A stretch of 64,000 nucleotides of DNA, taken from NCBI GenBank assembly GCA_963661535.1, contig CAVLCC010000003.1, forward strand, positions 469-64,468, read 5' to 3'. The notes under the pieces were generated by a model, which saw nothing but the letters and a program-made list of their open reading frames with translations, made no database searches and had not been told where the DNA came from. Positions 45,456 to 55,550 of this stretch are shown here, in pieces (positions within the stretch are counted from its first letter, which is position 1; the number at the start of each line of letters is the position of its first letter). This stretch comes from Senegalimassilia sp. GTDB lineage: Bacteria; Actinomycetota; Coriobacteriia; Coriobacteriales; CADBOM01. Position numbers and translations under genes: made by a program.

Positions 45456-46022
45456 TTAAGCTTCTTTAACCATAATATGATCGGTCATAACAAAACCCTC
45501 GCCAATTGGGTTATCCACATCTTCGATTGTATAAAATCCACGACCCAAATAAGCTCGAACTCCCATCTCATTATCTCTATTTACTGTGAGATACATTGCA
45601 GGCAAACCTTCGTCAACAATTAGTTTTGAATAGAAGTCTAAAACCTGGCTTGAATAATGTTTACCGCGCTCAGAAGCATAAAGATAGATTTTGCTTATAA
45701 AAAACCTCGTGGGGAACTTGGCATCTATAGCTGGACTATGACTAATGTGCTCATCATGGTCGGCATCGCCTGTAATCTCTTCTGTGGCCCCTCCGGTATA
45801 TCCAACTGCACGTCCTGTCTCATCGCGCAAAATCCAATATCTATATTTGTTATTTTGGATGTCGTTTGTTAGAGCTTTCTCACTCTGAAACATTTCTACC
45901 ATATAATTTGTTTGATCTTGTCCAATTATTGCTGGCCAATATTCGTTCCATATCTCGCTTGCCATTTTGCTAAGTTCTACAATTTGATTGTGAGTAATTA
46001 CAGGTTGAAAGCTCAAAGTCAT
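45456..46022 (-). CDS. GNAT-family N-acetyltransferase
   Basis: 188 aa with an acetyl-CoA pocket-like block (ERGKHYSSQVLDF) and a C-terminal GVRAYLGRGF. RBS aaagga. Confidence 0.7.
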   Translation of the reverse strand: MTLSFQPVITHNQIVELSKMASEIWNEYWPAIIGQDQTNYMVEMFQSEKALTNDIQNNKYRYWILRDETGRAVGYTGGATEEITGDADHDEHISHSPAIDAKFPTRFFISKIYLYASERGKHYSSQVLDFYSKLIVDEGLPAMYLTVNRDNEMGVRAYLGRGFYTIEDVDNPIGEGFVMTDHIMVKEA

Positions 46023-46393
46023 AGGTTTTCCTTTACAAGTTTGTGTATTTATTATGTAACAAGTTCAAAAGCGTATTTTTGAATCGCTTTTTTCATATAA
46101 AAGTTTAGCATTTATTTGCGGTATACGGAGTATATAGATATGATAGTTAGTTTATCGTGCTGATAGAATATAAACTCCGAGGTAGATGAGATAGAGGTTT
46201 TAACAGTTATAACGCAGAGGTTTTAGCGCGTTTTAAAGGCTTTTGAACAGGGTCATAGACTGGCTTGAACGATAGCGGATAATAGCGAGCAGTAGCAAAT
46301 ACTACCTATATGTTTGAATACATGCTAGAGACTTGAGGCTTGAGACTAACTGTTTTAACCCCCTCAAATCATAAATACACAGAAAGGCAAACA

Positions 46394-48979
46394 ATGCCAG
46401 AAAATAAAATTTTGGGACTAAGTGCACAAGAAGTTGAAAAGCGCATACAAGCAGGCGATATAAATGTAGACGCAGGAGTTAAAACTCGCTCTGTTAAACA
46501 AATTGTTAGAGAAAATATTTGCACGCTCTTTAATTTAATTAACGTGATTTTGGCATGCCTTGTTCTAACTACTGGTTCATTTAAAAACATGCTCTTTATG
46601 ATTGTAATTGTATGCAACACGATAATTGGAATTGTCCAAGAAGTGCGCTCAAAGCGCATAACAGATCGCCTGTCTATAATAGCTGGAAATAAGGTAGCTG
46701 TTATTCGCGATGGTATGCAAGAAGACCTGCCGCTAGATCAGCTAGTTCGAGATGATGTGATTGTGCTTAAACGCGGAAATCAAGTACCCGCAGACTGCGT
46801 TGTTCTTTCAGGCGAGTGTTATGTAAACGAAAGCCTCCTTACCGGTGAGAGCAACCTTATAAAAAAGCAAACAGACAGCATGCTTATGAGCGGCTCTTTT
46901 ATAAACTCAGGAACCGTATATGCACGCGTCGAACACGTTGGAGCCGAGAACTATGCAGCTAAAATTTCGTCTGAAGCAAAAGAGCACAAAGCAATTAACT
47001 CGCAAATTATGAACAGCTTAAATGGCATTATTAAATTTGTTAGCTGCATTATGCTTCCGCTAGGAGCGCTTCTTTTTGCAAGCGAATATTTTATGCTTGG
47101 CGTGGAGAAAAACAGCGCCATTTTATCTACCACCTCTGCACTAGTGGGAATGATTCCTGAGGGACTTATTTTGCTAACGTCAACAGTTTTGGCAGTTGCT
47201 GTTGTGCGTCTTGCAAGCAGCAAAGTGCTTGTTCAGCAACTCTACTGCATCGAAACCCTAGCACGTGTAGACACGCTTTGTTTGGATAAAACAGGGACAA
47301 TTACCACAGGCAATATGGAGGTTGCGTGGGTTAAGTCGTTTGTGGATGGAGGGGCTCTGGACGTGTCTTTGGATGCTTCCTTGGACGCATCACATGACGC
47401 ATCCTTGGAGACGGTGCCCAACGTGTCCAACGCGCCTGATGCGCCTGACGCAGAAGTTCATCTAGCACTTGCTTCTATAGCTGCATCTGACGATGACCCT
47501 AACGAAACCTCAAAGGCTATCTCTGAATATTATGAGGAGGGCTTGCCAATCCACCCGCTAAAGTGTGTTCGCAAAATTGCATTTAGTAGTGAGAAAAAGT
47601 GGTCGGGTGCTGTTTTTGAATATGGGGGTGAGCTGCTTGGACATAAGAAGCGTGGCAATAGTGGTAGCAACAACGATAACAATAGCGATAAGCACGAGAT
47701 TTGCGCATCTGTACAAGATAACACAGAAGCTACCTCCTCGCCAAGCACTCCATCAACAAATACATACGCATATGTGATGGGAGCCGCACAATTCATAATG
47801 GGAGATGTGTTTGGAAGTTCGAGTAAGCTTAAACAAACTGCGGACGAACTAGCAGCCGATGCTCGAGTGCTCATGGTAGCACGCGTAGATGGCTTTGATA
47901 AGGATGGAAATATCATAGGCGTGCCAACCCCCATTGGGTTTGTTGGTATTCAAGATCAAATTAGACAAACCGCCCATAAAACTATCGAATATTTTAAAGA
48001 ACAGGGCGTGAGGGTAATTGTTATTTCTGGAGACGATTCAAAAACAGTTAGTGGAATAGCTGCAAAAGTTGGGGTTGAAAATTCTCACAAATATATAGAT
48101 GCTACAACCCTCAACACTCAAGACGACATAGAAAAAGCTATCGGAACATATAGTGTTTTTGGACGCGTTAAGCCAGAGCAAAAGAAAGCCTTTGTGTTGG
48201 CACTACAAAAAGAGGGGCACACCGTGGCTATGACAGGTGACGGAGTCAACGACACCCTTGCACTAAAAGCCGCAGATTGCAGCGTTGCTATGGCTTCGGG
48301 CTCAGACGCTGCTAGAAATGTGGCACAGCTCGTTCTCGTTAACAACGACTTTGCAAGCATGCCAAAGGTAGTGGCAGAGGGGCGTCGTTCAATTAACAAC
48401 TTGCAGCGCTCAGCCTCCCTTTTCTTGGTTAAAACTTTGCTCTCAATTACTTGCGCACTGCTCTTTGTGTTGCTTCCTTGGCAGTATCCATTCCAACCAA
48501 TTCAAATGACACTCATAAGTGCATTTACAATTGGGATTCCATCATTTGTGTTGGCACTAGAGCCAAACCACGATCGCATTAAAGGCAAGTTTTTAGAAAA
48601 TGTAATCGTGCGGAGTATTCCTGGAGCAATCTGTGCTGTAGCTGCGATTATCGTGGCAAATGCGCTTGGATATTCGCTAGGATTTAGCAGCGAACAGGTG
48701 TCTACATTATGCGTGTTTTTAACATCTTGGCTAGGCATAAATCTAGTGGTAAGACTCTCCATTCCCTACACCCCAATTAGAGCCGCACTTCTTGTTGTGA
48801 TTATATGTGGACTTATTGGCGGATATATTTTGATGCCAAACTTGTTTGCGCTCACCCCGTATACACAAAATATGTGGATAGTTGTTATATCCATAGGAGT
48901 TGTATGCGCTATTTTGTTTCATTTGCTTTATTGGAAACTTGATGCTTGGCATAGTGCAAAGCAGGCAAAGCTTGTTTAG
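46394..48979 (+). CDS. cation-translocating P-type ATPase (E1-E2, HAD superfamily) with low-complexity inserts
   Basis: TGES, DKTGTIT, MTGDGVNDTLALKAAD, and 8-10 TM segments. I prefer ATG 46394 (MPENKILGLSAQEVEKRI, RBS agaaagg) to the track start at 46340. Confidence 0.9.
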   Translation: MPENKILGLSAQEVEKRIQAGDINVDAGVKTRSVKQIVRENICTLFNLINVILACLVLTTGSFKNMLFMIVIVCNTIIGIVQEVRSKRITDRLSIIAGNKVAVIRDGMQEDLPLDQLVRDDVIVLKRGNQVPADCVVLSGECYVNESLLTGESNLIKKQTDSMLMSGSFINSGTVYARVEHVGAENYAAKISSEAKEHKAINSQIMNSLNGIIKFVSCIMLPLGALLFASEYFMLGVEKNSAILSTTSALVGMIPEGLILLTSTVLAVAVVRLASSKVLVQQLYCIETLARVDTLCLDKTGTITTGNMEVAWVKSFVDGGALDVSLDASLDASHDASLETVPNVSNAPDAPDAEVHLALASIAASDDDPNETSKAISEYYEEGLPIHPLKCVRKIAFSSEKKWSGAVFEYGGELLGHKKRGNSGSNNDNNSDKHEICASVQDNTEATSSPSTPSTNTYAYVMGAAQFIMGDVFGSSSKLKQTADELAADARVLMVARVDGFDKDGNIIGVPTPIGFVGIQDQIRQTAHKTIEYFKEQGVRVIVISGDDSKTVSGIAAKVGVENSHKYIDATTLNTQDDIEKAIGTYSVFGRVKPEQKKAFVLALQKEGHTVAMTGDGVNDTLALKAADCSVAMASGSDAARNVAQLVLVNNDFASMPKVVAEGRRSINNLQRSASLFLVKTLLSITCALLFVLLPWQYPFQPIQMTLISAFTIGIPSFVLALEPNHDRIKGKFLENVIVRSIPGAICAVAAIIVANALGYSLGFSSEQVSTLCVFLTSWLGINLVVRLSIPYTPIRAALLVVIICGLIGGYILMPNLFALTPYTQNMWIVVISIGVVCAILFHLLYWKLDAWHSAKQAKLV

Positions 48980-49108
48980 GGGGTTTTGATTGTTTTTGGA
49001 TTTCGCCGCTATGACACTTGAGAATTTATTTTTGGTGATGAATAATTTTGAACAACGTAAAACAACATTGACTAGCAACAATACGCTTTGTTGTATGCCT
49101 TTCAACCT

Positions 49109-50116
49109 TTAGTTGCTTGACTTGCACTCGCAAGCAATTTTGTAAGCTTCTTCTCTAGAGATAGCAAATTCTTTTTGTATACGTTTGGCAATTTTGGAGC
49201 TGCTGATGTTTTCGGCCTCAATGAGGCAAGATGCATATTGACGTATTTGTTCGTCCAGATTGGTTTCATCAAGATTTGCCGATGGGTCGACCAGCTCCCC
49301 ATCGTGCGCCACATCGGAACATACGGCGAAGGCACCTCCCGAACAGCGACCTTTGGGCTGCTCTATAACCAGAACAATTTCTCCCTTAAGCTCGCTTAGG
49401 CGACTCTCCAAATCGCAAGCAAGCTCACCTGGCAAGCCCACCAAATATTCTTCGTGAATTTTAGTTAGCTCTCTTGCCATGCAAACACAACGATTAGGAA
49501 ACACCTCAGCAATTGCACGCAGGGCAGAAATTGTGCGGTGGTTTGACTCATAGAACACAAGCAAGCTATCCAAGTTAGCCAAGCTTTGCAAAAGCCTTTT
49601 GCGCTCGCCTGCTTTGCGTGGGAAAAATCCACCAAAGTAGAAACTTGTGCAAACAAAGCCACACCCTGCTACAGCAGTGGCTACAGCACTTGCGCCTGGC
49701 ATAACTGTCACAGGCAGTCCGGCTTTCCTAACTGCGCTAACCACACGCTGACCAGGATCAGAAATGCACGGCATTCCCGCATCAGAAACAAAGGCAACTT
49801 GCAAACCCGAAGCAACATCATCGACAATCTTAGGAATCATACGCTGCGTTGTATTTTCGTCACACCTTTGAACGTTGGCACTAATACCCAGCATCTCTAG
49901 GAGTTTGCGAGTAACTCTGGTGTCCTCGGCATAAATTATATCCGCGCTCTCAAGCGTGTCTACAACCCTGTGCGTTATGTCTAATCTATTGCCGATAGGG
50001 GTGGCGCAAATTGCCAGCACGCCCTTGCTCTTTCCTTTGCCCTTGCTGGGATTGGCACACGACCCATCAGACTTATTGGGGCTTGTATGAATGTTTTGAT
50101 TGTTATCGGTCGTCAT
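49109..50116 (-). CDS. rsmI: 16S rRNA (cytidine1402-2'-O)-methyltransferase with extended termini
   Basis: LAICATPIGNRLDITHRVVDTLESADIIYAEDTR and the tetrapyrrole-methylase fold pattern. Extra N-terminal (~35 aa) and C-terminal (~70 aa) segments. Confidence 0.85.
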   Translation of the reverse strand: MTTDNNQNIHTSPNKSDGSCANPSKGKGKSKGVLAICATPIGNRLDITHRVVDTLESADIIYAEDTRVTRKLLEMLGISANVQRCDENTTQRMIPKIVDDVASGLQVAFVSDAGMPCISDPGQRVVSAVRKAGLPVTVMPGASAVATAVAGCGFVCTSFYFGGFFPRKAGERKRLLQSLANLDSLLVFYESNHRTISALRAIAEVFPNRCVCMARELTKIHEEYLVGLPGELACDLESRLSELKGEIVLVIEQPKGRCSGGAFAVCSDVAHDGELVDPSANLDETNLDEQIRQYASCLIEAENISSSKIAKRIQKEFAISREEAYKIACECKSSN

Positions 50117-50167
50117 TATCGCTCAGCTCTTTGAAACTACAGCTCTTTATAATCACTCAAAGCCAAA

Positions 50168-51676
50168 CTAAATAACTTCGTCTGCGTCAACGAGTCTCTC
50201 CAAAATTGTGCCATATTGCACGCTGTCACTAGTTACGCGCTTGCCATCTGCAAGTCTAAAGCCGCCTAGACCATCCGACCCAGCAGATTCACAAGCATTA
50301 TTGCCGAGCTCCAGATACACGTCATCTGCAACGTAGTCTCCAAGCAAGTTTCGCATTTGTTCCTCTAACTCAATAATTGGAGTAACTGCAAAATCGCGCT
50401 CCAAAATTCTAGGGTGTGGAAGAATAAGGTGAGGATCTGTGCTTACAACCCCCTCGTAATCTAGAATATCTAGGTCGAGCGTGCGAGGTCCATTTTCGAT
50501 TGTACGAACGCGTCCAAACTGATTTTCTATATCAAAGAGTTTTTGCAGCAAAACATTTGGAGAAAGCGTGGTTTGAACCCAAACAACCGAATTTGCAAAC
50601 TGATCTTGCTCAGTATAATATGCTGGCTCTGTTTTATATATCGAGCTAGATGAAATAACCGTGGTATCTGGAATTTGATCGAGTGCCCTTGTGGCAGCTA
50701 TTATGCTGTCAACAGGTTCTCCCATATTAGCACCTAGCGCAACAAACACTCGTTTGCCATCTAACATGGTCGAAAATCCAGATGCAGGCTCTGTGGGTTC
50801 ACTTTGCGAATGGGCGGCATATGCCGTATTTGACGCAACTTTTAGAGCCTCAACAGTTTGAGCAACGTCGTGAACCCTAAAAATTCTAGCCCCTCCACAA
50901 TATGCCAAAACAGCAGCTGCTGCAGAAGACTCAACTCGCTTTGAAGCAACGTCTTGTCCTGTTACCTTGCCAAGAGTGCTCTTGCGTGAAAATGCAGCAA
51001 TAACCGGATACCCACAAGACGCAAGCTCATCCATGCCCTCAAGCAGTTGCAAATTATGTCTAGCATTTTTGCCAAAGCCAGGACCTGGGTCTATGCAAAT
51101 TCTGCTGCGCTCAACACCTGCAGACTCAAGCATTGCTCCAACGCCGCACAAGTAGTTTTTTATCTCAAAAGTGGCATTACTATACCTTGGATCATCTTGC
51201 ATATTTTTGGGAGTTCCCGCCATATGCATAGCAATTATGCCTGCGTTGCAACTCGCGGCAACTTGCACCATCTCAGGATTTGAAAATCCAGAAATATCGT
51301 TGATGATAGATGCGCCTGCCTCGATGCAACGTTTTGCCACTTCTGGATGATATGTATCGATAGAAACAATAACCCCTAGCGTTGCCAGTGTCTCAACAAC
51401 GGGCAAAACACGCGAGAGCTCCTCGTCAATGCTAACGGCGGCTGCTCCTGGACGTGTGGACTCTCCCCCCACATCTATAATGTCAGCACCTGCTTCAAGC
51501 ATTTCTTGAGCAAAACTGATGGCCTCTTCTGCACCATTATGCACACCGCCATCAGAAAAAGAGTCTGGAGTAACGTTGAGTATTCCCATAATGTAGGGTC
51601 TACAAAGAACAAGCCGCCTACTCCCAACTTTCCAAATAGGAGCCGACGGCAATTCAAATAAACTATGTTTGCACAT
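50168..51676 (-). CDS. folP: fused dihydropteroate synthase / 6-hydroxymethyl-dihydropterin pyrophosphokinase
   Basis: The N-terminal half has GILNVTPDSFSDGG, DVGGESTRPG and DPGPGFGK. The C-terminal half has VALGANMGEP, FGRVR...GPRTLDLDIL and LPHPR. No FolB-like segment seen. Confidence 0.9.
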   Translation of the reverse strand: MCKHSLFELPSAPIWKVGSRRLVLCRPYIMGILNVTPDSFSDGGVHNGAEEAISFAQEMLEAGADIIDVGGESTRPGAAAVSIDEELSRVLPVVETLATLGVIVSIDTYHPEVAKRCIEAGASIINDISGFSNPEMVQVAASCNAGIIAMHMAGTPKNMQDDPRYSNATFEIKNYLCGVGAMLESAGVERSRICIDPGPGFGKNARHNLQLLEGMDELASCGYPVIAAFSRKSTLGKVTGQDVASKRVESSAAAAVLAYCGGARIFRVHDVAQTVEALKVASNTAYAAHSQSEPTEPASGFSTMLDGKRVFVALGANMGEPVDSIIAATRALDQIPDTTVISSSSIYKTEPAYYTEQDQFANSVVWVQTTLSPNVLLQKLFDIENQFGRVRTIENGPRTLDLDILDYEGVVSTDPHLILPHPRILERDFAVTPIIELEEQMRNLLGDYVADDVYLELGNNACESAGSDGLGGFRLADGKRVTSDSVQYGTILERLVDADEVI

Positions 51677-51678
51677 TT

Positions 51679-52254
51679 TTAGACCAGCCTCTGACCATAA
51701 ATGTGTTGCATTGCTTCTGCACGTGTTGTTGAATTTGAAGCAAAATTCCCACGCACCGCACTTGTGGTTGTGGTTGTGCCTGGCTTTTTAACACCACGCA
51801 TCGACATGCACATGTGCTCGCACTCAATAATCACCATTACTCCTGATGCGTCTAGCTCGTTCATGAGAGTATCTGCAATTTGTGAGGTAAGTCTCTCTTG
51901 AACCTGTGGTCTTTTTGCGTAACAGTCAACCAAGCGAGCAATCTTAGAAAGACCGCAAACTTTTCCGCTATTTCCTGGAACATATGCAACAAATGCTTTT
52001 CCAAAAAATGGAACCAAGTGGTGCTCACAAACAGAATAAAGCGGAATATCTTTTACCAAAACCATCTCTTGGTGGTTCTCGCTAAACATAGTTTCAAAAT
52101 ATTGAGATGGATCCTCGTTCATACCCGCAAAAATCTCGTCATACATACGAGCAACTCGTGCGGGTGTTTTTAGAAGTCCTTCTCTGTCTGGATCCTCGCC
52201 AATTCCCTCGAGAATCATCCTAACTGCTTTTTCGATCTTTTCGTGGTCAACCAT
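51679..52254 (-). CDS. folE: GTP cyclohydrolase I
   Basis: [36 protein letters not shown]. Confidence 0.95.
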   Translation of the reverse strand: MVDHEKIEKAVRMILEGIGEDPDREGLLKTPARVARMYDEIFAGMNEDPSQYFETMFSENHQEMVLVKDIPLYSVCEHHLVPFFGKAFVAYVPGNSGKVCGLSKIARLVDCYAKRPQVQERLTSQIADTLMNELDASGVMVIIECEHMCMSMRGVKKPGTTTTTSAVRGNFASNSTTRAEAMQHIYGQRLV

Positions 52255-52273
52255 TGGTTAGCCCCTCTTCTAC

Positions 52274-54619
52274 TTAGTTGGAATTATTATTCTCATCTTT
52301 TGAGTTGTTCTTAAACTGCGAATCATCTATTGTGGGATAGTCATGAAATTCGGAGTCTTCAATTGTTGGATGATCTTTATCGCACGCATCTGCGCTTGTT
52401 GCGTCTTCTCTTGCATCTGCGCCAGCGCCTGCACCAACACCCTTATTAGCGTTAGCCATACTCTGATTTTCAAAAGCAGAATCATCTATTGGCTTGCCAT
52501 CTTGTGCTGGATCAAATGGCGAATACTCGCCCGACTCTTGCCTAATTCTTCTGGCAATTTCGTCGGCATTACTATTGCTCTTTTTCTCACGACCAGACAA
52601 ATGCAAGCCATGGAGTCCAAATCCACCCGAATGCTTTTTGCTGCTGTTAGCATCGTCTGAACCACCAACTCCACCTTCACCGCCATTACCATCTAAGCCC
52701 GATGAGTTTGAGCCCTCTTCAAGAATAACTTTTTCTTCTGCAAGACGCTTCTTCTCAGCTAGTTTATCTTCGTTGGCCAAATATTCGTCCCACTTATTAT
52801 CGAGCAAAGCAACTACTGCCTCACCCTCAACAGTCTCACGCTCTAGCAAAACATTAGCCATCAAATCGAGTTGAGCTCTGTTTTCTGTAAGAATTTTTGC
52901 AGCCACGTCATAAGCCTGACGCATTAGCTTGGAAACCTCAACGTCAATCTTGTTGGCTGTTTCGTCTGAGTAGTCTGGGGTTGAGCCATAATCTCTGCCC
53001 AAGAATACCTCGTGGTTAGCCTCACCATATACCTGATGTCCAAGCGCATCAGTCATGCCATAGCGAGTAACCATCTGCTTAGCCATCTTGGTTGCACGCT
53101 CTAAATCGTTGCTTGCACCAGTTGTAACATCGCCCATTGCAATCTCTTCTGCCACACGACCGCCCAAAAACATGGCCAAATCGTCTGTCATCTGATTTTT
53201 GGTATTTAAGAAACGGTCTTCTTCTGGAATAGAAAGCGTGTATCCAAGTGCTTGACCACGTGCAATAATCGAAATCTTATGAACAGGATCAGCATGCTTT
53301 AGCAAATGCCCCACCAAAGCGTGTCCAGATTCGTGATAAGCAATTGTCTTTTTCTCGGTATCTGTTATCACGCGACCCTTGCGCTCAGGACCGGCAATTA
53401 CTCTCTCAATTGCCTCAGTGACCTCGTCATTAGTAATTGTTTTGCGATTTCTGCGTGCTGCCAACAGCGCCGACTCATTCATAAGATTTGCAAGGTCTGC
53501 ACCCGTAAACCCAGATGTAAGTTGTGCCAAGCGAGCCATATCTATGTTTGAAGCTAAAGGCTTTCCTTTGGAGTGAACCTTCAAAATTTGCTCGCGGCCC
53601 TTAACGTCAGGTCTATCAACCACAACTTGTCTATCAAAACGACCAGGACGAAGCAAAGCCGGATCCAAAATATCAACCCTGTTTGTTGCAGCAATTAAAA
53701 TAACCGAATGATGATCCTCAAATCCATCCATCTCAACTAGCAACTGGTTTAGAGTTTGCTCGCGCTCGTCGTGACCTCCGCCAAGACCAGCACCACGCTG
53801 GCGACCAACAGCGTCAATCTCATCAATAAAGATAATCGAAGGAGCAGACGACTTTGCTTGTTCAAACAAATCGCGCACACGAGACGCTCCAACGCCCACA
53901 AACATCTCTACAAAGTCTGAACCCGATATAGAGAAAAATGGAACTCCAGCCTCGCCTGCTACTGCCTTTGCCAATAAAGTTTTGCCTGTGCCTGGAGGGC
54001 CAACCAAAATCACACCGTGCGGAATTTTGGCTCCCATTTTTTGATATTTATCGGGGCTAGCTAAAAAGTCTTTGATTTCTTGCAGCTCTTCTACTGCCTC
54101 GTCGATGCCTGCAACATCGCTAAACTTAACATTTGGTCTTTCTTCTAGAGCCTTTTTAGCTTTAGTTTTGCCAAACTGCATCTGCTTGCTGTTTGCGCCC
54201 TGCATTTGGCTCATAAAGAACCAGAAAACACCCACAATCAAAACCATTGGAATAAGCGTTGTAATAAGCGACATCCATATATTGTTAGAAGACACGTCCA
54301 CCGTGTAATTAATGCCAGGGTGTGCAGCCATTAACTCATTTAGAGACTCCTCGCCAACATAAGTTGATCTAAACGACTGTGGCTCTGCCGCATCTGTGGT
54401 TTCTGGGAGACGATATTTACCAGTTATAACCGCCGAGCTTGCGCTATATGTAACCTCGGTAGCTCGGTTTTCGTTTACTGCGGCAACAAATTCGCTCGTA
54501 GACAGCTCGTCTGTCTGTGGCTGGTTCATATTAAAAAACTGATACATCAACACAGCCATAAATGCCACAAGAAGCACTAAATAAACTATCCTAGTTTTGC
54601 TTGCCTTGTTTTTATCCAA
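52274..54619 (-). CDS. ftsH: ATP-dependent zinc metalloprotease FtsH with a ~170-aa low-complexity C-terminal tail
   Basis: Two TM segments, AAA+ Walker [14 protein letters not shown], the SRH region, and the zinc site HESGHAL. Confidence 0.95.
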   Translation of the reverse strand: MDKNKASKTRIVYLVLLVAFMAVLMYQFFNMNQPQTDELSTSEFVAAVNENRATEVTYSASSAVITGKYRLPETTDAAEPQSFRSTYVGEESLNELMAAHPGINYTVDVSSNNIWMSLITTLIPMVLIVGVFWFFMSQMQGANSKQMQFGKTKAKKALEERPNVKFSDVAGIDEAVEELQEIKDFLASPDKYQKMGAKIPHGVILVGPPGTGKTLLAKAVAGEAGVPFFSISGSDFVEMFVGVGASRVRDLFEQAKSSAPSIIFIDEIDAVGRQRGAGLGGGHDEREQTLNQLLVEMDGFEDHHSVILIAATNRVDILDPALLRPGRFDRQVVVDRPDVKGREQILKVHSKGKPLASNIDMARLAQLTSGFTGADLANLMNESALLAARRNRKTITNDEVTEAIERVIAGPERKGRVITDTEKKTIAYHESGHALVGHLLKHADPVHKISIIARGQALGYTLSIPEEDRFLNTKNQMTDDLAMFLGGRVAEEIAMGDVTTGASNDLERATKMAKQMVTRYGMTDALGHQVYGEANHEVFLGRDYGSTPDYSDETANKIDVEVSKLMRQAYDVAAKILTENRAQLDLMANVLLERETVEGEAVVALLDNKWDEYLANEDKLAEKKRLAEEKVILEEGSNSSGLDGNGGEGGVGGSDDANSSKKHSGGFGLHGLHLSGREKKSNSNADEIARRIRQESGEYSPFDPAQDGKPIDDSAFENQSMANANKGVGAGAGADAREDATSADACDKDHPTIEDSEFHDYPTIDDSQFKNNSKDENNNSN

Positions 54620-54732
54620 TTCAATACTCCAAACTAAATTTGCAAATCAGGTGTGCTGTATAAATCTATATAAATCTGCATCAATCTATGCAATCAATAC
54701 AATCTATACAACACTTGTTAATTATAGAGAAA

Positions 54733-55278
54733 TTATGAATAAACTCTCTCATCCAAAATACCAATATATGGAAACTGCCTATACATCTGATCGTAATCGA
54801 GCCCATAGCCAACAACAAACGCGTTAGGACAAACGGTTCCTAGGTATTTTGGCTCAACAGCAGGTGTAATACCAATATCTTTGCGCATAAATACAGCGGC
54901 TTCAACAGAGTGGGGATTTCTGGCTAGCAAGTTTTTTTTGAGAAACTTCAATGTAAGCCCTGTATCATAAATATCCTCAACTACCAAGACATCTTTGCCT
55001 GCTAGATCTAATTCTGTGTCTTGAACAATTCTCACAATTCCCGATGTTTTTGCAGAAGAGCCATAGCTTGACACCTTCATAAAATCCATCTCAACATTAA
55101 CGTCTTTGATGCGGCGCACTAAATCGGTATAAAACATTAGCGCACCCTTCAAAACACACAAAACCACCAAGTTTTTTCCTTTATAATCACAACTAATGCG
55201 ATCGGCTAGTTCGCTAACAATCGATTGAATTTGCTCTTCTGAATAAAGAACTTCTTTGATATTTTGTTCAAGACCCAT
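54733..55278 (-). CDS. hpt: hypoxanthine phosphoribosyltransferase
   Basis: PRPP loop VLVVEDIYDTGLTL and C-terminal GYGLDY. Confidence 0.9.
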   Translation of the reverse strand: MGLEQNIKEVLYSEEQIQSIVSELADRISCDYKGKNLVVLCVLKGALMFYTDLVRRIKDVNVEMDFMKVSSYGSSAKTSGIVRIVQDTELDLAGKDVLVVEDIYDTGLTLKFLKKNLLARNPHSVEAAVFMRKDIGITPAVEPKYLGTVCPNAFVVGYGLDYDQMYRQFPYIGILDERVYS

Positions 55279-55550
55279 ATGATTTACTTCCCTGCTTAAA
55301 TAAATATACTCTGCGTTTGCTTAAAAAATTTGCTATGTAATTTGCTTTTTTGACTCTTTGTTCGCTTTTGTATAAATGGCACAAAATCAAAACAACTGCG
55401 CTTTATTATGCCTCAAATAACCGCTCTTGCACGATATATAACCCGCAACGGTGCGTCTATGTTAGACAAAACATCATAAAATATCCTAAAAAAATTTCTC
55501 AATGGTTACTAATTACTCACAGCTTAATTCTATGTACATGCGCTTCCGAT

